Below are positions 49,611 to 57,242 of a stretch of DNA of 64,000 nucleotides, in pieces (position 1 is the stretch's first letter; every line of letters starts with the position of its first letter). The notes beneath the pieces are model-generated. The model was not told the origin of the DNA. It did not search any database and saw nothing but the letters and a program-made list of their open reading frames with translations. The position numbers and the translations under genes are program-made. Origin of the DNA: a virus (taxonomy: Duplodnaviria; Caudoviricetes); IMG/VR virus record IMGVR_UViG_3300032236_001024, positions 64,001-128,000 of that record; one strand, written 5' to 3'.

Positions 49611-50549
49611 ATGATGGAGCGAAATGAATTAAACCAACATGCTCGTGGTGGTACAGAACTCATGCAAGAACGTCTTCATGGTTCACTTTCCCCAGAACTT
49701 CTAGATCAATTTCAAATTATTCCTTCTCGTGTCAGAGAACTTGATCCTGATAAGAAGAAGATTCTTTGGCTACACGATCTTCCCAATGATCCAGAATCAG
49801 AACATCTAGCAGACCCTGAATCCAGAAAGAGGTTTGATAAAATTGTTTGTGTATCTGATTGGCAGATGCAGTTGTACAATATTACTTCAGCACTCCCATA
49901 TCAGGAATCAATCGTCATCAAGAATGCTATTGAGCCTATTCCGATTGAGAAGAAGGAATATGATGGTACTGTTCGTTTGATCTACCATACGACCCCACAT
50001 CGTGGATTGGAAATCCTTGTTCCTGTCTTTGAAGAACTCTGCAACATGCATGACAATCTTCATCTCGATGTGTATTCTTCATTCAAGATTTATGGATGGG
50101 AACAGCGTGATGCACAATTCCAAGAATTGTTTGATCGCTGCAAGGCAAATGAGAAGATCACCTATCATGGGTCAGTTTCCAATGAAGAAATCCGTGAGGC
50201 TCTTGTTCGATCTCACATCTTTGCATACCCATCAATTTGGCCTGAAACAAGTTGCTTGGCGGCTATTGAAGCAATGTCTGCAAAGAACATTGTTGTGTGT
50301 CCTAACTTCGCAGCTTTGCCTGAGACTTGTGCTGGGTTTGCGATGATGTACCCCTACAACGAGAACAAGAACCATCATGCTATTCAGTTTGCCCATACTC
50401 TCAATGGTGCAATCATGAACGTAAAAACAAATAATGGAAGTCTAGAACCATATCTAGACTTCCAGAAGCAGTACTTTGATTATTTCTATGGCTGGTATAA
50501 GCGAAAGCTAGAGTGGGAAAATCTGCTTTCGAGCATGGTCAGTAACTGA
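49611..50549 (+). CDS. GT-B fold glycosyltransferase (GT4-like)
   Basis: YHTTPHRGL...GSVS...SHIFAYPS.WPETSCLAAIEAMSA...VCPN.AAL.ET matches the E-x7-E GT4 motif region. Confidence 0.85.
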   Translation: MMERNELNQHARGGTELMQERLHGSLSPELLDQFQIIPSRVRELDPDKKKILWLHDLPNDPESEHLADPESRKRFDKIVCVSDWQMQLYNITSALPYQESIVIKNAIEPIPIEKKEYDGTVRLIYHTTPHRGLEILVPVFEELCNMHDNLHLDVYSSFKIYGWEQRDAQFQELFDRCKANEKITYHGSVSNEEIREALVRSHIFAYPSIWPETSCLAAIEAMSAKNIVVCPNFAALPETCAGFAMMYPYNENKNHHAIQFAHTLNGAIMNVKTNNGSLEPYLDFQKQYFDYFYGWYKRKLEWENLLSSMVSN

Positions 50550-50790
50550 TCCCAAGATACTCGCTGATACCTTTGTACGTGTAAGGAATCCCAAGTTTCT
50601 TACACGTAATTTTTACAGCTTTACCATCTTTGTTTGCTGAGTGACGCATAAATGCAGCGAACATTTTATCACAGACAGTCACTGCTTCATCGATCCCATA
50701 GCAATAATCATTTGGATACTTATTGATGCAGTCCATCAAGCTTTCCAGATACGTGTCTTTGAACTTTTGCTGTTTTGATGTGAGGTTCAT
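50539..50790 (-). CDS. Early hypothetical protein
   Basis: MNLTSKQQKF... with AAGGAG SD. Track start 50823 is probably too long. Confidence 0.6.
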   Translation of the reverse strand: MNLTSKQQKFKDTYLESLMDCINKYPNDYCYGIDEAVTVCDKMFAAFMRHSANKDGKAVKITCKKLGIPYTYKGISEYLGISY

Positions 50791-50807
50791 TGTAGTTCTC
50801 CTTCTTT

Positions 50808-50990
50808 TCAGTCTGTAGCCCAATCGGTAAGCTTGTAATCCCAGAAGTCAGCGTAGTTCTTAGCTTCCTCTGCCACCTTGTCTACAGCCATTGCTTTCTT
50901 GTAGTAGCCACCTTGTTGTGCTTTGATCTCTTCAAGCTTGGCAATCAGAGCGTCGATGCCTTCATTCATTTTCTGGTCTAAGGAAGTCAT
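50808..50990 (-). CDS. Early hypothetical protein
   Basis: MTSLDQKM... preceded by GAGGAG SD and a promoter. Confidence 0.6.
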   Translation of the reverse strand: MTSLDQKMNEGIDALIAKLEEIKAQQGGYYKKAMAVDKVAEEAKNYADFWDYKLTDWATD

Positions 50991-51016
50991 ATGCTTATCT
51001 CCTCTGTTCATGATTC

Positions 51017-51044
51017 ATATTACCATACTCACATGGGGTGTCAA
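51017..51044 (-). promoter_or_regulatory. Early sigma70-like promoter
   Basis: Minus strand TTGACA-N16-TAATAT with TG extension and an A/T-rich upstream tract. Confidence 0.75.
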
Positions 51045-51054
51045 GCGTTTATTT

Positions 51055-51082
51055 AAAAAAAGATAGGGGATTTCTCCCCTAC
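51055..51082 (-). terminator. Intrinsic terminator
   Basis: TAGGGGA-GAAA-TCCCCTA stem-loop followed by a U-run on the minus strand. Overlaps the stop codon of 51079..51279. Confidence 0.8.
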
Positions 51083-51279
51083 CAGTCTATCGTATAGCCG
51101 CTTTCCTTGGGGAAAAGAACCTTGTAGTCGGATTCCACATCCCACATGGCGTGACCTGAGTAACCTTCGTATTGCCAAGCTTGTACTACCTCGCCTTTCT
51201 CATCCATGACTCTGAGGATGTAGTTGAGCATCTGAGACTCAAGTTTGGTGTCGTTTGGAAGTTGGATAACTTTGGTCAT
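51079..51279 (-). CDS. Early hypothetical protein
   Basis: Open frame with SD, ending in a terminator. Confidence 0.6.
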   Translation of the reverse strand: MTKVIQLPNDTKLESQMLNYILRVMDEKGEVVQAWQYEGYSGHAMWDVESDYKVLFPKESGYTIDW

Positions 51280-51291
51280 TTTCGGTTCCTT

Positions 51292-51528
51292 TCAGAAGGG
51301 GATTTCTTCGTTTTCAGCGTAAACAGGGTTGAGGTTGTACTGATACGTTCCACAATCCTGCTCTTCAAACTCGTACTCTTCTGGATGAGGCTGCTTAGGA
51401 CCATTGTAGAAGGGGTTAGGATACCAAACGTCACGATCAGAGAGAATCCAAGCCCTATCCTGATTGTCGAAGCCTACGTTACGGGAATATTCCAGATCAG
51501 CCTGTGATTCAGTTGCCAGATAACCCAT
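51292..51528 (-). CDS. Early conserved small phage protein
   Basis: AWILSDRDVWYPNPFYNGP..PHPE motif. GAGGAG SD fits the ATG at 51528. Confidence 0.65.
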   Translation of the reverse strand: MGYLATESQADLEYSRNVGFDNQDRAWILSDRDVWYPNPFYNGPKQPHPEEYEFEEQDCGTYQYNLNPVYAENEEIPF

Positions 51529-51552
51529 GTCCATCTCCTCTGTTGATGATTC

Positions 51553-51580
51553 ATATTAACATACCCACATAGGGTGTCAA
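51553..51580 (-). promoter_or_regulatory. Early sigma70-like promoter
   Basis: TTGACA-N16-TAATAT followed by gaatcat, nearly identical to the 51017 promoter. Confidence 0.75.
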
Positions 51581-51591
51581 CTGTTTTTATG

Positions 51592-51618
51592 AAAAAAAGA
51601 GGGGTATTATCCCCTCTT
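51592..51618 (-). terminator. Intrinsic terminator whose loop holds the stop codon of the ArfA-like ORF
   Basis: AAGAGGGG-ATAATA-CCCCTCTT followed by a U-run on the minus strand. Confidence 0.8.
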
Positions 51619-51723
51619 TAAGTGCTTGATTTTCCTTGTGTATGCACCTTTTCCCTTTTTGGGTGCAACAATTTTTTGCTGAAACTGGCGTTCAGACAGG
51701 GATTTTGCTGTCAGATTTCGCAT
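51607..51723 (-). CDS. arfA: ArfA-like (alternative ribosome-rescue factor A) 38-aa peptide
   Basis: MRNLTAKSLSERQFQQKIVAPKKGKGAYTRKIKHLKRG aligns without gaps to the recalled ArfA core (N.....L....F.Q.....KKGKGSY.RK.KH). GGAGG SD upstream of the ATG at 51723. Confidence 0.65.
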   Translation of the reverse strand: MRNLTAKSLSERQFQQKIVAPKKGKGAYTRKIKHLKRG

Positions 51724-51928
51724 TTCCTCCAATCCTTTGAATTGCCTCTGATATGTGATAATCAAGGCGGTTTGAGAAGTCTTCCAGATGGTACGTATCC
51801 ATGAAATACGCATTGGACTTGATGAAAGATATCAGATAGCCAATGGTGTAATCATCTCCTTTAAGTTGGAGAAGTGTAACAAGATTCTCAATCTTGGTTT
51901 CGATTTTATCATTAGAAGTGGTATTCAT
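51692..51928 (-). CDS. Early hypothetical protein
   Basis: Open frame, start overlapping the upstream stop. Confidence 0.55.
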   Translation of the reverse strand: MNTTSNDKIETKIENLVTLLQLKGDDYTIGYLISFIKSNAYFMDTYHLEDFSNRLDYHISEAIQRIGGNAKSDSKIPV

Positions 51929-52197
51929 TATATAGCTCCCATGATACGAGGATACGAGCGAATAGGCGAACTTTTTTTGTGAACGACACGAACAAAGTCT
52001 GGGTATCGATCATATTTAGATTGCCAGACCTTGATGAACTTGTCAAGATCACAATCTTCCTCAAGATAAACGGTCTTTCCCTTCACATAGGAATATCCCG
52101 TAAAATCAGTAGGAACAAGACCAAGAGTCTCCAAAACCTTGATGGAAACTGCAACCCAACCGTGACCGGGATCAATGTAGTATTTGAAAACTTTCAT
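51928..52197 (-). CDS. Early conserved hypothetical protein
   Basis: DPGHGWVAV...YSY..G..VYLEEDCD motif common in phage early genes. Confidence 0.65.
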   Translation of the reverse strand: MKVFKYYIDPGHGWVAVSIKVLETLGLVPTDFTGYSYVKGKTVYLEEDCDLDKFIKVWQSKYDRYPDFVRVVHKKSSPIRSYPRIMGAI

Positions 52198-52209
52198 TTT
52201 CCTATCTCC

Positions 52210-52404
52210 TTAGCGAACGGGTTCGATGACAAGCTGCAGACCGTTCTTGGTGATGCAGTCATAAAAACCGGGGTGATCCTTATCCTCTTCGATGAAAAGG
52301 GCATACAGATAGGTCTTGGCGTACTCAATCGCAGCCTCATAGGACTCGTAGACGCCAATGACGTTGTAGGCGTAGATGTTTGAGATGTTCACAAGCTTGA
52401 CCAT
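52210..52404 (-). CDS. Early hypothetical protein
   Basis: MVKLVNISN... with AAGGAG SD. Confidence 0.6.
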   Translation of the reverse strand: MVKLVNISNIYAYNVIGVYESYEAAIEYAKTYLYALFIEEDKDHPGFYDCITKNGLQLVIEPVR

Positions 52405-52414
52405 GATTTTCTCC

Positions 52415-52591
52415 TTATGCCACAATCTTGGCAGTGAGGGAAGGACTTTTTGTGCTGGTAGCCAGAATTTGAGGACGAGTGACGCCCTCTTCCTTGATTA
52501 CCTCGTAGAAAAACTTACGGGCGGCATTATAGGTTTTGAAAGGAACTTCATGACGGGTCTTTTTGAAGTAGGTGTAGGTGACGGTGAACAT
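52415..52591 (-). CDS. Early hypothetical protein (58 aa, not in ORF track)
   Basis: MFTVTYTYFKKTRHEVPFKTYNAARKFFY... directly downstream of a promoter and GGAG SD. Confidence 0.6.
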   Translation of the reverse strand: MFTVTYTYFKKTRHEVPFKTYNAARKFFYEVIKEEGVTRPQILATSTKSPSLTAKIVA

Positions 52592-52615
52592 TGGCTATCT
52601 CCGTTTTGATGATTC

Positions 52616-52644
52616 AATGTAGCAGGGGGTTTCCCCCCTGTCAA
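52616..52644 (-). promoter_or_regulatory. Early sigma70-like promoter with an inverted repeat in the spacer
   Basis: TTGACA-N17-TACATT. The -35 end and spacer contain CAGGGGG-GAAA-CCCCCTG. Confidence 0.7.
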
Positions 52645-52653
52645 CACTTTTTT

Positions 52654-52875
52654 TCAGTTTGTGACGCATATTCCGTTGTGAGCATAAGCACCAACTGCCC
52701 AATCGTTACCGGAAGCAATGACCAGCGGAACGAAGGTTCCGTCCATCTTGCGGTAGATCATGTACTTGGAACCATTTTCCTTGATGGTCTCAAGGCAATT
52801 CTCTAGACGCTTCATAGCACCTTTTTCAGTCTTGAGACCGGGAATTGTTTCGAGCCATGCATTGAGGTTGGTCAT
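52654..52875 (-). CDS. Early hypothetical protein
   Basis: Open frame with GGAG SD and its own promoter. Confidence 0.6.
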   Translation of the reverse strand: MTNLNAWLETIPGLKTEKGAMKRLENCLETIKENGSKYMIYRKMDGTFVPLVIASGNDWAVGAYAHNGICVTN

Positions 52876-52902
52876 TGGTCATCTCCGTGATTCGATATAG
52901 AT

Positions 52903-52930
52903 AGATTACCACAGCCAGATATGGGGTCAA
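52903..52930 (-). promoter_or_regulatory. Early sigma70-like promoter (leftward of a divergent pair)
   Basis: TTGACC-N16-TAATCT with TG extension and an A/T tract upstream. Confidence 0.7.
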
Positions 52931-52973
52931 CTGTTTTTTATAAAAAAAAGAAGAAAAAAGACAATCTTTTTGG

Positions 52974-53001
52974 TTGACACCACCTACATAATGCTTATAA
53001 T
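52974..53001 (+). promoter_or_regulatory. Early sigma70-like promoter (rightward of a divergent pair)
   Basis: TTGACA-N16-TATAAT, followed by GGAG SD and the ATG at 53029. Confidence 0.8.
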
Positions 53002-53028
53002 GGTCACATCAACAACGGAGAAAGCCAC

Positions 53029-54138
53029 ATGGCTAGGGCTAATGCCAAGATCAAGGTCAGGAAGTCTCATTCTGAGACCTATCTGATCAACAAGAAGTAC
53101 TACGGTGACGAGCCTACTTTCGAGGCTGGTCATGAGCGTTCCAAGATGCTTGGGGCGTTCAACTGGTACAACACGATGGCTGATGAGGATGATGTTCGTC
53201 AGTACATCACTGAGTATCTCAAGTCTGTCAAGGCGGATATGGAAGCAAAGAAGTTTACTCGTGTCCCTTTCATGCGTGTTCCTCGTACAGCTGCAGCAGT
53301 TGTCCGTATGCACATGCGTGGTGCGGTTCTAGACGATGGTATGCTGGATCGTGCCAAGACCAGCATCGCTGATTGCATGAAGTATGCGGAGCAGGAGAAG
53401 AAGGACGACAATGTGGTTCGTCTTTCTATTCAGGACCATATGAACAACAAGGTCTCTGAGTTCATTGGCGAGATTGAGTCCATCCTTGATGATGGTGCTG
53501 TCGGTTTCTCCATGTACACCTCTCTGCAGAGCAACAACTTTCCTGCTGCGCTCTCGACTCGTGTTGCTGAGTACTATCGTCCCATCCAGCAAGAGATTGC
53601 GGATGCGATTGCCAAGAAAGACCCGCAACTGGTGGAAGCTTATTCTGGCTATACCAAGCCTCAGATGAAGGCAAAGCTGGCTCTGTACACTGGCATCATT
53701 GACGACTGCGAAAAGCACAGCGGAAACGTCCGCAAGGCTCGTAAGCCTCGCAAGAAGAAGGCTGTGAGCCCAGCCAAGAAGCTTAAGAGCTTCCAGTACC
53801 AGAAAGAGGATGCATCGTTAAAAATCTCCTCTGTCAATCCTGAGAGTGTTCTGGGAGCCCAAGAGCTTTGGACGTTCAACACGAAGAGCAAGGTGCTTTC
53901 TGTGTTTCGTGCAAGGGGTCCAGCTGGTCTTGAAGTCAATCGTACAGCAATCGCTGGTTACGATGCTGATACCTCCATGTCCAAGAAGATTGGACGCAAG
54001 ACGGAGGAAATTCTCAAGACAGTCACCACTGGTGGTAAGGTGACACTCAGGAAACTGTTTGACACCATCAACACCGACAAACTCAAGTTTGTTGACCGCC
54101 TAAATAGTAGCACAGTACTATTGAAGGTGGTTAGGTGA
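53029..54138 (+). CDS. Conserved T4-like hypothetical protein (early)
   Basis: 369-aa ORF with EPTF...FNWYN and KISSVNPE...GAQELWTFNTK motifs. GC-rich codon usage. Confidence 0.75.
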   Translation: MARANAKIKVRKSHSETYLINKKYYGDEPTFEAGHERSKMLGAFNWYNTMADEDDVRQYITEYLKSVKADMEAKKFTRVPFMRVPRTAAAVVRMHMRGAVLDDGMLDRAKTSIADCMKYAEQEKKDDNVVRLSIQDHMNNKVSEFIGEIESILDDGAVGFSMYTSLQSNNFPAALSTRVAEYYRPIQQEIADAIAKKDPQLVEAYSGYTKPQMKAKLALYTGIIDDCEKHSGNVRKARKPRKKKAVSPAKKLKSFQYQKEDASLKISSVNPESVLGAQELWTFNTKSKVLSVFRARGPAGLEVNRTAIAGYDADTSMSKKIGRKTEEILKTVTTGGKVTLRKLFDTINTDKLKFVDRLNSSTVLLKVVR

Positions 54139-54141
54139 ACA

Positions 54142-54501
54142 ATGACAAGTAAGATTATACAGTTTCCGGATAAGAAAAAGGGAGAGGCTGGTAATCCAGC
54201 CTCTCTCGAAGAAACAATCTCTCAGATTGAAGAAGTAAGAAAGCTTTTCTGTGATGAGATTGCAGATGATGTTTTTCAAGCAGTGTTTGCAATCATTAGC
54301 AATTATGGAATGGTTCCAAAATCATCACCAGAATTTATTCGTGATGCATTTTTCTTTGAAGAAGTTCTTCAAGCAATGCTATATAGAATGAAGAACATCA
54401 ATCATCCCATGCACTCTCTGATCGACAAGACAGTTACGATTTCAGAAGATGTAGAAAAAGAACTTGAAGAAAAATTAGAAGAGTCCTTGAATCAGCATTA
54501 A
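54142..54501 (+). CDS. Hypothetical protein
   Basis: KIIQFP N-terminus typical of T4-like hypotheticals upstream of rnh. Confidence 0.6.
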   Translation: MTSKIIQFPDKKKGEAGNPASLEETISQIEEVRKLFCDEIADDVFQAVFAIISNYGMVPKSSPEFIRDAFFFEEVLQAMLYRMKNINHPMHSLIDKTVTISEDVEKELEEKLEESLNQH

Positions 54502-54535
54502 AAAATGCATATATATAATGTATGGACAGTAAAAC

Positions 54536-55396
54536 ATGATTATTATTGACTTCAACCAAGTCATGATCTCAAATTTGATGATGCAACTTGGCAACCACAC
54601 CAACATCCCTATTGATGAGGGATTGTTTAGGCATATGGTTCTCAATTCACTTCGCTCTTATAAGCAGCAATTTGGAAACAAATTTGGTGAGATCGTTATC
54701 GCTTGTGACGACAAAAACTATTGGCGCAAGCAAGAATTCCCCTATTACAAAGCAAATCGTAAGAAGACTCGTGATGCTTCTGAGATTAACTGGACTCAGG
54801 TTTTTGAGGTCTTTAACAAGATCAAGTCAGAACTGCGTGAGTTTTTCCCCTATCGTGTTATTCAGATTGATACTGCAGAGGCGGATGATATCATCGCAAC
54901 TCTGACAGAAAATTTTGGACACGAAGAAAGAAACGATGAAAAGCTTTTGATCTTGTCTGGTGATAAGGATTACATCCAACTTCATAAGTATCAGTATGTG
55001 AACCAGTATGATCCTACTCGCAAGAAATGGATTACTCATAATGATCCACACAAATATCTTTATGAACACATCTTGAAAGGAGATTCTAGCGATGGCATAC
55101 CTAACATACTTTCTGATGGTGATACTTTTGTTAGTGGGAAACGCCAGAAACCTTTGACGCAAAAGAGAATTGATGAGTTGTATGAACTTAATCTAGAAGG
55201 CAAATTTGATCATCAATATGCGTTTGCCTATGCTAGAAATAAAAGGTTGATTGACTTGACAATGATCCCATCACATATTAAAGAACATGTATTAGCTAAA
55301 TATGAAGAAGAAGCAGGGAAGGATCGTTCAAAAATCTTCAACTACTTCATCAAGTACAAATTGAAAAATTTAATGGAAAACGTAGGCGAGTTTTAA
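54536..55396 (+). CDS. rnh: T4-type RNase H / 5'-3' exonuclease
   Basis: IIDFNQ, YKANRK, EADDIIA, SGDKDYIQL and GDSSDGIPN motifs. Confidence 0.92.
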   Translation: MIIIDFNQVMISNLMMQLGNHTNIPIDEGLFRHMVLNSLRSYKQQFGNKFGEIVIACDDKNYWRKQEFPYYKANRKKTRDASEINWTQVFEVFNKIKSELREFFPYRVIQIDTAEADDIIATLTENFGHEERNDEKLLILSGDKDYIQLHKYQYVNQYDPTRKKWITHNDPHKYLYEHILKGDSSDGIPNILSDGDTFVSGKRQKPLTQKRIDELYELNLEGKFDHQYAFAYARNKRLIDLTMIPSHIKEHVLAKYEEEAGKDRSKIFNYFIKYKLKNLMENVGEF

Positions 55397-55399
55397 ACA

Positions 55400-55828
55400 A
55401 TGTCAAAATTATCGATATATAATACACTGGTAAAGTGTTGTGAATTTGAAAAAAGAGAACATAGAATTGAAGCACTTCGTGCAAATGGGAATCCTGCAAT
55501 GTGGGCAGTCTTGAGACACATGTTTGATCCTAATATCAAGTTTCTTCTTCCAAAAGGCGATCCTCCATTTGAACCTTTGGAATTTGACGAGCCGGGAAGA
55601 CTTTATGTAGAGGCTCGAAAGTTTTACCTTTTTGTTGAGGGTGGTCATCCAACAATCACACAGATGAAACGTGAATCCCTCTTCATCAGTCTTCTTGAAA
55701 ACGTAAACAAGGAAGAAGCAAAGTTACTCCTTGCTATGAAAGACAAGAAGAGTCCTATCAAGGGACTTACCAAAAACCTAGTCGCAACTGCTTTCCCAGG
55801 GTTACTTCCAGATGAGCAAACAACTTAA
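55400..55828 (+). CDS. Conserved T4-like hypothetical protein
   Basis: FDPNIKFLLP.G.PP...RE.LFI.LLE....EEA.LL..MKDK motif found downstream of rnh in T4-like phages. Confidence 0.7.
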   Translation: MSKLSIYNTLVKCCEFEKREHRIEALRANGNPAMWAVLRHMFDPNIKFLLPKGDPPFEPLEFDEPGRLYVEARKFYLFVEGGHPTITQMKRESLFISLLENVNKEEAKLLLAMKDKKSPIKGLTKNLVATAFPGLLPDEQTT

Positions 55829-56000
55829 AAAATCGGATATGAAAAAGAAGAATCATGGTGGGTATTCCTACATGATGGAGGAAGAAGAAATCTCTCTCAA
55901 GGAGATTAAGAGAAACAAGGAACATAAGCATTATCGTAATTATGAAAATGCTTTACGTTCAAAGAATGTAGATCGTCTACTCTCATATGAGGAAGATTGA
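55812..56000 (+). CDS. Small hypothetical protein
   Basis: Overlapping, operon-like arrangement. Confidence 0.5.
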   Translation: MSKQLKKSDMKKKNHGGYSYMMEEEEISLKEIKRNKEHKHYRNYENALRSKNVDRLLSYEED

Positions 56001-56182
56001 TGTTTGAAACATTGGTAGCAGCAACAGGTCTTACTTTAATTATGATGGTCGTTTCTATCCTTTATTATTTGAAGGGAAAGAAGCAGGGGATGGAATTTGT
56101 ACTCCAGATTCTCTATGATAATGATAAAAAGGCTTTTAATCGTTTACACGCAACACTACAGAAAGAATTAACAAATGTCTGA
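55997..56182 (+). CDS. Small membrane protein
   Basis: N-terminal TM segment. ATGA overlap. Confidence 0.5.
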   Translation: MMFETLVAATGLTLIMMVVSILYYLKGKKQGMEFVLQILYDNDKKAFNRLHATLQKELTNV

Positions 56183-56378
56183 CGAAACAGTATTTCTAGT
56201 CGATGGATTGAGCATGTATGATCCAAAGATTATCAATAAGCAAATGATTAATGATGAGAAGACACCACTTCTTTGTGATCAAGTCAAGCTAGATATGCTT
56301 GCACAAGGATTGAATCCTTTGAATTCAGAAGATGTTCGAAAGTTTTGGTCCAAGAAAGGCGTAGGTCTTAATGGCTAA
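56175..56378 (+). CDS. Small hypothetical protein
   Basis: Overlapping, operon-like arrangement. Confidence 0.5.
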   Translation: MSDETVFLVDGLSMYDPKIINKQMINDEKTPLLCDQVKLDMLAQGLNPLNSEDVRKFWSKKGVGLNG

Positions 56379-56604
56379 TTATACCTTCCTGAATAAGGAA
56401 ACAAACGAAGAGTTTGATATCTCAATGCCAATCTCTGATCTTGATGATTACAAGAAAAATAATCCACATCTAGAACAGCTATTGACTGGTATCAGACTTG
56501 GTGATCCAACAAGGCTTGGATTGCGTAAACCAGATTCAGGATTTCGTGATGTTCTAAAGAAAGTGAAGCGAGCCCATAGGGGAAGCACTGTAAATACTTG
56601 GTAA
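56371..56604 (+). CDS. FmdB-like small protein (Cys-less variant)
   Basis: YTFLNKETNEEF...M.IS..D.Y...NP.L.Q...GFRDVLKK.K..H pattern of T4-like FmdB-type ORFs. Confidence 0.55.
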   Translation: MANYTFLNKETNEEFDISMPISDLDDYKKNNPHLEQLLTGIRLGDPTRLGLRKPDSGFRDVLKKVKRAHRGSTVNTW

Positions 56605-56606
56605 AG

Positions 56607-56634
56607 AAAAGGCTCCATCATCTGGAGCCTTTTA
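56607..56634. terminator. Bidirectional intrinsic terminator between convergent operons
   Basis: AAAAGGCTCCA-TCATC-TGGAGCCTTTT, with A- and T-runs on both sides. Confidence 0.85.
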
Positions 56635-56639
56635 TTATT

Positions 56640-57242
56640 TTATAATTCTTGAACTGTAAACGCAAACCAAACATCTAACTTTGTACTGTTATCTACTCGC
56701 CTCATACAAAGCGTCATCATATTTCTTGAGTCACCGCCATATAATGGGGAATATACAGAGTCACCACCTGTATTTTTACCAATGATAATACCACTATGTC
56801 TTAAATAAGTTCCTGTAGGAACAGTGAAAGCATTTCCTTGATTAGAAGAATACTTGTCCTGATATACTCGATATTGGCTATGCGTACCAAAAGTAGTCCA
56901 ACTAGGAACTGCTGCACCAGTAATAGTCAATGGCCCTTCATACCACTCGTACATAATAGTACTCGATGTAGCATTATTATTACCAATTTCATAATTTATG
57001 ATTTTTTCTATATCGCTGCTACTAGGACTCCCATTTTGAAAACTGACTACAGGTCGCATAGTATCATCCATAGTCCATCCACGATTTGCATTTGTGGCAT
57101 GGTTATTAAAAGAATAGAATGGTAAATTAGATTCATTTATAATGACACTTAATGGTGTCGCAGAAGAAATACTGGTGCCATTGCTATTAAAAATATTAAC
57201 ATTTCCAGTAACTTGTGTATTACTATTGAATAGAAAAGTCAT
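56640..57242 (-). CDS. Hypothetical, probably structural, protein
   Basis: TAATG coupling with the upstream 971-aa gene puts the start at 57242. Confidence 0.55.
   Translation of the reverse strand: MTFLFNSNTQVTGNVNIFNSNGTSISSATPLSVIINESNLPFYSFNNHATNANRGWTMDDTMRPVVSFQNGSPSSSDIEKIINYEIGNNNATSSTIMYEWYEGPLTITGAAVPSWTTFGTHSQYRVYQDKYSSNQGNAFTVPTGTYLRHSGIIIGKNTGGDSVYSPLYGGDSRNMMTLCMRRVDNSTKLDVWFAFTVQEL

Noticed and set aside
51607-51813. 68-aa version of the ArfA-like ORF given in the track
   Set aside because: The extra 30 codons lie inside the upstream gene 51692..51928, and a GGAGG SD supports the ATG at 51723.
50500-53030. tRNA or structured ncRNA genes in the GC-richer intergenic stretches
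   Set aside because: The hairpins are explained as terminators or promoter elements, and I found no cloverleaf or T-loop motif by eye. A covariance-model scan would be needed to exclude them fully.
53105-54043. Several overlapping alternative-frame ORFs within 53029..54138
   Set aside because: Expected in GC-richer coding DNA. No SD or recognisable motifs.
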